55,947 nt of DNA from an uncultured archaeon (lineage in GTDB: Archaea > Thermoplasmatota > Penumbrarchaeia > JASLWR01): positions 1 through 55,947 of the forward strand of contig CAYSHM010000019.1 of NCBI GenBank assembly GCA_964430885.1, written 5' to 3'. Numbering within the stretch: position 1 is the first letter of the stretch; each line of letters begins with the position of its first letter. The notes beneath the pieces are model-generated. The model saw only the letters and a list, made by a program, of their open reading frames with translations. It made no database searches and had not been told where the DNA came from. Positions 1 through 8,256 of the stretch are shown piece after piece. A program made the position numbers and the translations under genes.

Positions 1-264
1 AATCCCAGTGCTCCCACTTCTTCTTTTTTATAAATCCTCCTAGCAAAATGTAAAAGCGCAGATTTTCTTTGAAAATATGCTTCAATAGTTAGTGTTCGAA
101 ATATATGGTCAATTTAAAATAGACTGCCACCTCAAAATCTAATGAGAATTCTTCAGAAGGAAAAATTGCCAAATAATAACCGTACATTTGCATTTGACTG
201 TCTTACGTGCTAATATAAAATGCACTAGGGTGTTTCAGTCTACTCTGATTTGAATATTTAATTT

Positions 265-1539
265 CTAATCCCCTTTATATGTTTTTATAGCGCAGAACTC
301 TCCGCACATTGAACAGTACTCATCGGCATGCGGGTTCCTCTCGCATTCTTCCTTTCTTAATTTCCTGAAACGAACAGGATCAATCACATAATCGGCCATC
401 TCATTCCATTTCATATCACGTCTGGCGATGCTCATGTTCCTATCTTTTATTCTGGAACCTTTGACCCCTTTGCCTATGTCTGCTATATGGGCCGCGATCT
501 TAGATGCTATAATACCTTCCCTGACATCTTCCACATCAGGTAATCCCACATGTTCCTTTGGTGTAACATAACAGAGAAAATCCGCACCGTAATAACATGA
601 CAGAGCACCGCCTACAGCACAGACTATATGATCATACCCCGCCGCAATGTCTGTTGGTAGTGGTCCGAGGACATAGAATGGAGCCTTGTGGCAATATTCC
701 TTGGCCAGTTCAATGTTCTTCTGAATCTCATTTATCGGTACATGACCTGGGCCTTCTACCATTACCTGAACCCCTCTCTCCCTGCATCTCATAACCAGTT
801 CCCCCAAATTTTTGAGCTCATGCAGCTGAGCCTCATCAGTTGCATCTTCAATGCAGCCAGGCCTCAGACCGTCACCGAGACTCATGGTAACATCATACTC
901 CAGGGCTATATCCAGAATATCATCAAAATGCTCGTATAATGGATTCTCTTTATCTTTGTCCATCATCCATCTGACCAGAAATGAGCCGCCTCTGCTCACT
1001 ACGCCCAACAATCTTTTCTTGATAAGAGGTATGGCCTCTTTGGTTATGCCGGCATGTATGGTAGCGAAATCCACACCGTCCTTGGCCTGTTCCTCGAACA
1101 CGTTCAAAAAATTTTCAATTGTAATATTTGATGAACCTTTAGCCTCTACCGCTGCCTGGTAGATAGGTACCGTGCCAATGGGCCTTTTCCATAGTTCCAT
1201 GATCTTCTTCCTAACATATCTCAGATCTCCGCCGGTACTGAGGTCCATTATTGTATCGGCGCCAGTCTTGATGGATATCTCAGTCTTGAGTAATTCGCTT
1301 TTAATATCAAATGAATTGGGTGAGGTTCCTATATTGGAATTCACCTTTGTTGAAAGGCCCTGTCCGATCCCAATAGGCTCAATATCCTTGTGGTTGATAT
1401 TTGCAGGTATCACCACCGTTCCTTTGGTGATCCGATTCATCAAATGCTCAATATCCATACCTTCATGTCTTGCCACGGTTTCCATTTCCGGTGTGCTTTC
1501 TCCTTTCAATGCGCTCAGCAGCTGTGTCATATTTATCAT
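265..1539 (-). CDS. thiC: Phosphomethylpyrimidine synthase (ThiC family radical SAM)
   Basis: KVNSNIGTS, GADTIMDLSTGGD, SRGGS, LGDGLRPG, EGPGH, YVLGPL and C-terminal CSMCGEFC cluster motif; 424 aa is the short archaeal type. Confidence 0.95.
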   Translation of the reverse strand: MINMTQLLSALKGESTPEMETVARHEGMDIEHLMNRITKGTVVIPANINHKDIEPIGIGQGLSTKVNSNIGTSPNSFDIKSELLKTEISIKTGADTIMDLSTGGDLRYVRKKIMELWKRPIGTVPIYQAAVEAKGSSNITIENFLNVFEEQAKDGVDFATIHAGITKEAIPLIKKRLLGVVSRGGSFLVRWMMDKDKENPLYEHFDDILDIALEYDVTMSLGDGLRPGCIEDATDEAQLHELKNLGELVMRCRERGVQVMVEGPGHVPINEIQKNIELAKEYCHKAPFYVLGPLPTDIAAGYDHIVCAVGGALSCYYGADFLCYVTPKEHVGLPDVEDVREGIIASKIAAHIADIGKGVKGSRIKDRNMSIARRDMKWNEMADYVIDPVRFRKLRKEECERNPHADEYCSMCGEFCAIKTYKGD

Positions 1540-1776
1540 TCCTTCCTGGGAATTTATTTTTAAATTAACTAATGATTTGAGTTCGGAATAATTCTGAAAA
1601 ATGCTTTCTTAGAATTCCAGTATTCCAATATCAAATCCAGCTAATAAACTTTCATACTTTATCAAATATATTATGCCATTATTATAATCCCTAGGGACTT
1701 CAGGATGTGCAGTTTTAGCGATATTAATATAAAACTTTAAGGTGTACTAACGTATTTTGTATAAATCAAGAGGTTG

Positions 1777-3018
1777 ATGATGACTATAAGCATTGTAAGC
1801 ATAGCGGTCTATGTTGTGGTTCTAATCGTTCTTATCTTTCTATCCAGCCGATTCTCCGGGACTGAGACCGCACTCACTTCCCTAAATGAAATAGATCTGG
1901 CCGAAATAAAGGAAAAGAAGATCAAGAATTTCAAATATATTGAAAAACTGGTCTCCGATATGGACAGCACTATTATTGCTATACTGGTAGGGAACAACCT
2001 CGTTAACGTTTTGGCCTCTTCTCTTGCAGCAATATTGTTTCAGGGTCTCCTGGGAAATATCGGTGTGTCCATCTCTGTAGGAGTTATGACCTTTCTATTA
2101 TTGGTTTTCGGAGAGATAACCCCTAAGGCTTATGCTCTGAAGAACAATTTTCGAATCAGCAGTAAGAATGCCAGGATGATATATGTCATTTTTATTCTTC
2201 TCGGCGGTCTTATCAAACTCCTGAAGATCACAGCTAGGACCCTGTCCCGTTGGTTTGGACAGCCTATACCAAAGGACGAGTTCCATTTACAGGAAAAAAA
2301 CATCAAACTCCTAGCAAAGAAGGGGGCGGCTACAGGCGAGATTAAAAGTATTGAAAAGGAGATAATCTACAGGGTTTTTTCATTCGGGGACCTCAAGGTA
2401 AAGGACATAATGATCCCTGCAAAGAAGGTCAAGTTCCTCAAAGGCAGCACCACAGTTGTGGAGGCGAAGAAAGCCATGGTGTATTATGGATACACAAGAT
2501 TGCCTGTCGTTGAAGGTGTTAGGAAACGCAGGATAATTGGAATAATTTATACCAAGGACCTACTTAATAGATTGGAAGGCAGAATAAGGGATTTCATAAG
2601 GGACCCATACATTGTACCTCCTGGTCGGGAGATAACACAGGTTTTTGAGGAAATGAGAAAGAAAAGGGTGCATTTGGGAGTTGTCAGCGATAAAAAGAAA
2701 AGGTTTTTAGGTATAATGACCCTGGAGGACATTATGGAGGAATTGGTGGGAGAGATCTATGATGAGTTCGATAGTACGCCTGAGGAATCGGAAGATAATG
2801 AGAACCCAAAGAAAAAAAGGATTTCTAGAAATATCAAAGGCCTGAGTGAGGGTTTGGGGATATCCCGCAGAATGGCAAAAAGGTTAATTGAAGCAGGTTT
2901 TTTCAATATAGGTGACATTACAAAGGACAATAAATCCAGTTTGATGAAAATTAAGGGCCTAAATGAGAAAAAAGCCTTCGAGATCATAAGGCGAGCCGAG
3001 AAATACAGCATCAAATGA
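1777..3018 (+). CDS. CNNM/CorB (DUF21 + CBS pair) membrane protein with C-terminal HhH extension
   Basis: FSGTETALTSL, ILVGNNLVN, FGEITPKAYA, two CBS domains (YTRLPV, GIMTLEDIMEELVGEIYDE); C-terminal GISRRMAKRL...IKGLNEKKA. Confidence 0.88.
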   Translation: MMTISIVSIAVYVVVLIVLIFLSSRFSGTETALTSLNEIDLAEIKEKKIKNFKYIEKLVSDMDSTIIAILVGNNLVNVLASSLAAILFQGLLGNIGVSISVGVMTFLLLVFGEITPKAYALKNNFRISSKNARMIYVIFILLGGLIKLLKITARTLSRWFGQPIPKDEFHLQEKNIKLLAKKGAATGEIKSIEKEIIYRVFSFGDLKVKDIMIPAKKVKFLKGSTTVVEAKKAMVYYGYTRLPVVEGVRKRRIIGIIYTKDLLNRLEGRIRDFIRDPYIVPPGREITQVFEEMRKKRVHLGVVSDKKKRFLGIMTLEDIMEELVGEIYDEFDSTPEESEDNENPKKKRISRNIKGLSEGLGISRRMAKRLIEAGFFNIGDITKDNKSSLMKIKGLNEKKAFEIIRRAEKYSIK

Positions 3019-3034
3019 TTGGAGGGGTTAGGTT

Positions 3035-3934
3035 ATGATGGGTAGATCGGTTGCCAAGGGATGCGGTTCAATCATGAGTGCATATTCCACCGGAAGGGGT
3101 ATCGCTTTTGCTTTAGGTCTTGAGATATTTGCAGAGGTAAAAGCCGAAAGAATGAACACGGAAGGACAAGAATTCCGTTCCAATGATATTAACCTGGTTA
3201 ATGCCCAGCATCCGGATTTGAAGGTGAAATTTGGGATAAATGTCCTAACCAATCTTCTTCATAAGCGGAACATCAGAGGCTATAAGGTTGATGCAAGAAC
3301 CTGGGGTGACCTCCCGCCGGCCAGCGGATTGAAGAGTTCTTCCGCTGCGGGAAATGCACTGATATTGGCAGCGTCCCAATGCTTTGGGATCAATGTTTCC
3401 AACAAGGAGATAATTGAGCTAAATACCCAGTCGGCCATTGAGTCGGGTGTTACCACCGCCGGAAGTCTGGATGATGCCTATGCTTCATTACTGGGCGGAG
3501 TTGTTTTTACTGATTACAATAGCCGTGAATTGGTTCATAGGATTACCTTGGACGACGGTCTTATGGTTGTAGTTTTATCTCCGGAAAGACCTATTAAGGA
3601 CCACCTTAAGGTCGATAGAAAATCATTCACTCCGTACAGCAAAGTATTCGATACTTTATTTGATTTGTCTAGAACCCAAGGTGCTGAGATGCTGTATGCG
3701 ACAAAGGTGGTTAATGGTCTTGTACATGCAGCTGCCCTTGGTCATGATACTGCTATCATTGATTCTGCTTTGAGATCAGGTGCGGTAGCAGCGGGATTGT
3801 CTGGGAAGGGCCCAAGTTTTACTGCTCTAGTCCCTCCTCCTTCCGTTAAGAATGTGATAAATTCCTGGTCAAATTTTCCTGGGAAGATATTCCAGACCGC
3901 AATTGACAATAAGGGTTCCCATACTTTGGGCTGA
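3035..3934 (+). CDS. aroK: Archaeal shikimate kinase (GHMP superfamily)
   Basis: PPASGLKSSSAA motif, TAGSLDDAYAS, GLSGKGPS. Confidence 0.88.
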   Translation: MMGRSVAKGCGSIMSAYSTGRGIAFALGLEIFAEVKAERMNTEGQEFRSNDINLVNAQHPDLKVKFGINVLTNLLHKRNIRGYKVDARTWGDLPPASGLKSSSAAGNALILAASQCFGINVSNKEIIELNTQSAIESGVTTAGSLDDAYASLLGGVVFTDYNSRELVHRITLDDGLMVVVLSPERPIKDHLKVDRKSFTPYSKVFDTLFDLSRTQGAEMLYATKVVNGLVHAAALGHDTAIIDSALRSGAVAAGLSGKGPSFTALVPPPSVKNVINSWSNFPGKIFQTAIDNKGSHTLG

Positions 3935-4001
3935 CATCAAGCCATTTGAAATGGACTAATCATAACATGATTTCATTGAATTTGAAAGGTGGAACCGATT
4001 C

Positions 4002-4778
4002 ATGAAAAGGGTAGGGATTGTAACAGATCGGAAGAGATTTTCAAAGATGGGTGAATTCATTCAGGAGCTTAGGGCTGCAGCTCTTGTTGAAGTAAGGATA
4101 TCTGAGGATCTGGTTCTGGATTTCACAACCCCGGTCTGGGATGTGGACATTATAATGGCCAAGGCCAATGATCCTGTTTCGCTGTGCTACTTGAAATCCC
4201 TCAGCAGTACTGGTGTCAAGATAATCAATCCGCCAGATGTCATTTTCAATGTAGACCATCGTTTCATAATGAATTCCATCATGAAATTGAAGGGAATCCC
4301 TCAGCCTGATTTTGCTATTTCTATTAAAGATAAAAATCCCTTTTACAGGACCATTATAAAGAATTACTCCTATCTCGTGAAGCATACTCACGATCTTCGT
4401 TTAAGGATCGGCAAGGGATATGATGAGGTAATTGGGGATTACAGGTACTATCAGAGATATATCGAACCTTTTGAGGAGTTCAAGATATATTCCGTGGGCA
4501 GTGAATTTATGGTATATCAGGTCGATCCCCCGGTCGTTTTCAACACCTTTGATTATCATAGGAACAAGCGTTCCTTCATGACCCCAGTCCATGAAGATAA
4601 GGTTATAGCCTTGTCCAGCAAAGTAGTGAATATTATCGGGATCAAGATGTGCTCAATGGATATAATTAGGGATGAAAATGGCAACCTTCATTTGGTGGAC
4701 TTGAACCTTTGCCCCGGTTTTCAGATCAATGAAGTCCGGGATTTACTGATAGAATATCTCACGGAGGTGGTTCAATGA
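4002..4778 (+). CDS. ATP-grasp protein, ITPK1/RimK-like
   Basis: IINPP..I, YQRYI...EFKIYSVG, MDIIRDENG...VDLNLCPGF. Confidence 0.7.
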   Translation: MKRVGIVTDRKRFSKMGEFIQELRAAALVEVRISEDLVLDFTTPVWDVDIIMAKANDPVSLCYLKSLSSTGVKIINPPDVIFNVDHRFIMNSIMKLKGIPQPDFAISIKDKNPFYRTIIKNYSYLVKHTHDLRLRIGKGYDEVIGDYRYYQRYIEPFEEFKIYSVGSEFMVYQVDPPVVFNTFDYHRNKRSFMTPVHEDKVIALSSKVVNIIGIKMCSMDIIRDENGNLHLVDLNLCPGFQINEVRDLLIEYLTEVVQ

Positions 4779-5530
4779 GATGGCTGCTTCTATGCAGAGA
4801 AAGGCATGATTTCGTCGAGGCATTGAGTTCTCATCTGGGAAAAAATGGAATTGAAGTAGATATTTGGCTTCAGGATTGTTTGATCGATGAACAGATAATG
4901 AATTATGATGCATTGATATTGAAATCGAAGATTCAACTATTCATTTATGCAGGCTTTTTGGCAAAGAAGTCGGGAATGCCCGTGGTTCCAGATCCTCGAG
5001 TGGCATATGATCTTAGGAATAGATGGAGATCCGAGCTGGTTTTGAGGAGGATAGGATTGAATGTTCCTCCTGCGGTCATGGGTCTAAAGGAAAACATTTC
5101 AAAGGATGTTCCGGGAGATTTCTTTCCAGCTATAAGCAAACCTCTGTTGGGATCAATGAGCCAGGGAATAAAGGTGGTAGAATCGATCAATGAGTTATCC
5201 CAGTTTGAGGAGAATGAGCTTCTATATTTGCAGAAAGTGGTTAAGGGCACTCATTATGAGATTGATTTCATAGGCGATGAAATAATGATGTTCGAAAAGG
5301 AACCTTTGGTTCATGAAACGAAAGGAGTTATGGAAACTTCAGTTCCGCCTACCGTGGTTGAAATAGTTGAAACTTTTAAGAATAGAACCGATCTTATTCT
5401 AGGTGACCTTGATATAGTTATAGGCGATGAAATCTGGATTGTAGACCCGGGAACCTTCCCAAATTTCCAAAATGTCCCACATGCTGCCGGTAAGGTTGGT
5501 AATATCCTTCTAGGGAAGATCAGGAGTTAA
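4775..5530 (+). CDS. ATP-grasp protein, RimK/ITPK1-like with divergent metal-binding motif
   Basis: FPAISKPLLGSMSQGI, YLQKVV, LDIV...IVDPGTFPNF; ATGA overlap with upstream gene; SD GGAGGTGG. Confidence 0.7.
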   Translation: MRWLLLCRERHDFVEALSSHLGKNGIEVDIWLQDCLIDEQIMNYDALILKSKIQLFIYAGFLAKKSGMPVVPDPRVAYDLRNRWRSELVLRRIGLNVPPAVMGLKENISKDVPGDFFPAISKPLLGSMSQGIKVVESINELSQFEENELLYLQKVVKGTHYEIDFIGDEIMMFEKEPLVHETKGVMETSVPPTVVEIVETFKNRTDLILGDLDIVIGDEIWIVDPGTFPNFQNVPHAAGKVGNILLGKIRS

Positions 5531-5755
5531 TTGTGCATAGTTCACATTCAGACCCAATTTTATTTATTCCTACAATGAAGTTTAAAGGGTTAATTATTTA
5601 ACTATAATACTTATTTGGTATTCCCAAACACCTGATTCAGTGTTATTGAACATACATGGTATATTTGAAAAATGGTCATTAATTTAAGCCGATGATAATT
5701 GTAGGGATTCTTGGCCAATAGATAGTGTGATCACATATTCAGAGGAGGATTGTTC

Positions 5756-6688
5756 ATGTCAGAATACGGCAACATACCAGAGGAACATATCAAGATTTAT
5801 AAAGATGCGTTGAAAGTAGCTTACTCGGACGGTTCACTTGATGATGATGGTGAATTGATGCTCAATGGGCTGAGACAGCGATATGACATTAGTACCAAAC
5901 TCCATAATCGATTGATGCTGGATGTTTTCATTTATTTAGGTGAACATCATAAGGAGCAGGGTGATTTGGAGGAAGCTCTGAAATGGTTCAAGGTCCTGGT
6001 CAATTTGGATAAATATGATGAATTGGCCTGGAGATATATTGGTGGAATATATACCGATCTGAGCGATTATCCATTGGCGGGTAAGGCGCTGAAAAAAGCC
6101 AAGTTGATCGTGGAAAAGGCCAAGAAGGATCCGAATTTTTCCGAAAGGGTTGAACGGAAGAAGAAATTCTATGCTAGAGTAGAAAAGGAGAGTTCCGATG
6201 CCGTGGCTGAGAGGAAGAAAAGGGGTGAGGATAGAAAACGAAGGAGGAGGGAGAAGAGACGACTTCGTGAGGAAGAGGAAAAAAAAGCTAAGGAGGAGGC
6301 TGAGGAAGCGGAACACGAACCGGTGGAAACCAAAGAGGAACCAGAGGTATTTGATGTTGAAGAGCCGGCCAAGGACGAAGAGCCCGAGGTTTTCGAGGTA
6401 GAGGCAAAAAAGGAAGAGATTATTGAATTCTCGGAAGTTTCAGCCGACGAGGAAAAACCTGACGTTTTCGAAGTTGAGGAACCAAAACCAAAGAAAAAAT
6501 CGGGCAAGAAGGGTAAAGGTAAGAAAAGGAAAGGCAAAAAGGGCGGTAAAGGTAAGGCTAAAAAGGCGGAAGATAAGGATACAATGCCTTGTCCCAAGTG
6601 TAAATCCATTGTGACAATCCCTTCGAAAAAACGTCCCGTAGTTGTCAAATGCGACAACTGTGGTTCCAAAGGCAAACTGGTAAAATAA
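5756..6688 (+). CDS. Multidomain hypothetical: N-terminal TerB-like helical domain, TPR, charged low-complexity linker, C-terminal zinc ribbon
   Basis: YKDALKVAYSDG...MLNGLRQRYDIS; TPR-like GDLEEALKWF...AWRYIGGIY; CPKC...CDNC; SD GGAGGA before ATG 5756. Confidence 0.7.
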   Translation: MSEYGNIPEEHIKIYKDALKVAYSDGSLDDDGELMLNGLRQRYDISTKLHNRLMLDVFIYLGEHHKEQGDLEEALKWFKVLVNLDKYDELAWRYIGGIYTDLSDYPLAGKALKKAKLIVEKAKKDPNFSERVERKKKFYARVEKESSDAVAERKKRGEDRKRRRREKRRLREEEEKKAKEEAEEAEHEPVETKEEPEVFDVEEPAKDEEPEVFEVEAKKEEIIEFSEVSADEEKPDVFEVEEPKPKKKSGKKGKGKKRKGKKGGKGKAKKAEDKDTMPCPKCKSIVTIPSKKRPVVVKCDNCGSKGKLVK

Positions 6689-6835
6689 TCGTTATTCCTG
6701 TGAATATTATTGCAAGAAATTGAAATAATCATTCCATCGGTCTTGTCTGAATAAAAATTTGGAAGTGCAGAATATTATAATTATGTATTCTTCTATAATT
6801 CAGCCTTAGAATGTGTAAGTATTTCAATTTCGGCG

Positions 6836-7018
6836 GTGGTTCATTTGAATTGGCATACAGCAGTTTTTGTAGTTCTATTGATTACATCTCTTGTTTTCGG
6901 TTACCTGTCCCGTACAGCCAAATATGTATGGAAGGATCGGAGAGCCACAGTGATGTTTGCGGTATTGGGTATTGTTTCTACCATTTCAATTATCGTGCTA
7001 ATATTTATATTCCGGTAA
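6836..7018 (+). CDS. Small two-TM membrane protein
   Basis: Two hydrophobic segments with a basic loop; start GTG 6836 or TTG 6845 after GGCGGTGG. Confidence 0.55.
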   Translation: MVHLNWHTAVFVVLLITSLVFGYLSRTAKYVWKDRRATVMFAVLGIVSTISIIVLIFIFR

Positions 7019-7127
7019 TGGGCATCCCCTATTTCTGTTCATATTCAATCTAACTATTATGTGATAAAATAACATGTACTAAATGGTGTTCAGAATAATG
7101 ATAAATTCAATATAATGGAGGAATTGT

Positions 7128-8075
7128 ATGTCAAAGGTTGCAGTCATAGCTATCGGAGGAAATTCCCTAATCAGGGACAAGAATCATAAAACCGTAAAGG
7201 ATCAATTTGGTGCTGCTAGGGAGACCTGCAGGTATATCGCTCAGATGATAAATAAAGGCTGGAATGTTGTAATAACTCATGGGAATGGCCCCCAAGTGGG
7301 ATTTATTCTCCGGAGGTCTGAACTTTCCGCTTGCGAGCTTCATAGTGTTCCCATGGACTCAGCGGGGGCTGACACCCAAGGTGCTATTGGATACATGATA
7401 CAGCAGTCTCTTTATAATGAATTCCAAAAAAGTGATATTGATAAACAGGCCGTAACGGTTGTCACCCAGGTTCTAGTTGATTCAAAGGACCCCTCTTTCC
7501 AAAACCCCTCCAAGCCAATAGGGTCATTTATGGATAAAAAAACTGCCTTGGAGTTCAAGGAGAAAGAGAACTGGTTCGTTGGGGAGGACTCGGGTAGAGG
7601 CTGGAGGAGAATGGTTGCTTCACCGAAACCCAAGAGCATAATCGAGGTTGAAGCAATAAAGAACCTCATTGCCGGAGGCTTTGTGGTAATAGCCGTAGGC
7701 GGTGGCGGTATACCGGTATTCGTCGATGAGGGGAACGAAAATGAGCTGACAGGTACCGCTGCAGTGATTGATAAGGATCTGGCCTCCTCACTTCTTGCAC
7801 AGCATCTTTCCGCAGATATGTTCCTGATCTCAACTGACATTGACAGTGTTAAACTCAATTATGGAAAGGAAGATGAAGAGATCATCTCCAATATGACCGT
7901 TGATGAAGCTGAGGGTTACCTTTCTGCTGGTGAGTTCAAACCAGGTAGTATGAAACCAAAGGTGGAAGCGGCCCTCGGATTCCTCAAGAAGGGTGGTAGT
8001 GAGGTCATAATAACATCTCCCGAAAATATCGGTAAGGCTTTGGTTGGCCAAGCGGGAACCCGTATTTCAAAATAA
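7128..8075 (+). CDS. arcC: Carbamate kinase
   Basis: AIGGNSL, THGNGPQVG, PSKPIG, GRGWRRMVASP, GGGGIPV, AVIDKD, GSMKPK. Confidence 0.95.
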   Translation: MSKVAVIAIGGNSLIRDKNHKTVKDQFGAARETCRYIAQMINKGWNVVITHGNGPQVGFILRRSELSACELHSVPMDSAGADTQGAIGYMIQQSLYNEFQKSDIDKQAVTVVTQVLVDSKDPSFQNPSKPIGSFMDKKTALEFKEKENWFVGEDSGRGWRRMVASPKPKSIIEVEAIKNLIAGGFVVIAVGGGGIPVFVDEGNENELTGTAAVIDKDLASSLLAQHLSADMFLISTDIDSVKLNYGKEDEEIISNMTVDEAEGYLSAGEFKPGSMKPKVEAALGFLKKGGSEVIITSPENIGKALVGQAGTRISK

Positions 8076-8256
8076 AATTATATCATTAATTCATGGGTTC
8101 AACTTTCGGACAAATTTAAAGTATAATGCACTTGTTCTGATAATAGAATTTTTCGAATACATTTCAGAGGTTTGTTCCTGGTGTCTTATGTCTTTCATTT
8201 GATACCGGTCAATGACCTTGACTTAAATGAAAAATTGATATTATTGAGGTGTTCAA

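Noticed and set aside
1540-1773. TPP riboswitch upstream of thiC
   Set aside because: No CUGAGA or ACCUGA...AUG..GCG.AGG core on the minus strand; the region is plain AT-rich promoter DNA.
6169-6732. Long antisense or shadow ORFs (also 15152-15727, 17424-17768, 42538-42981 and others)
   Set aside because: They are Ser/Phe-rich mirror translations of well-supported genes on the opposite strand.
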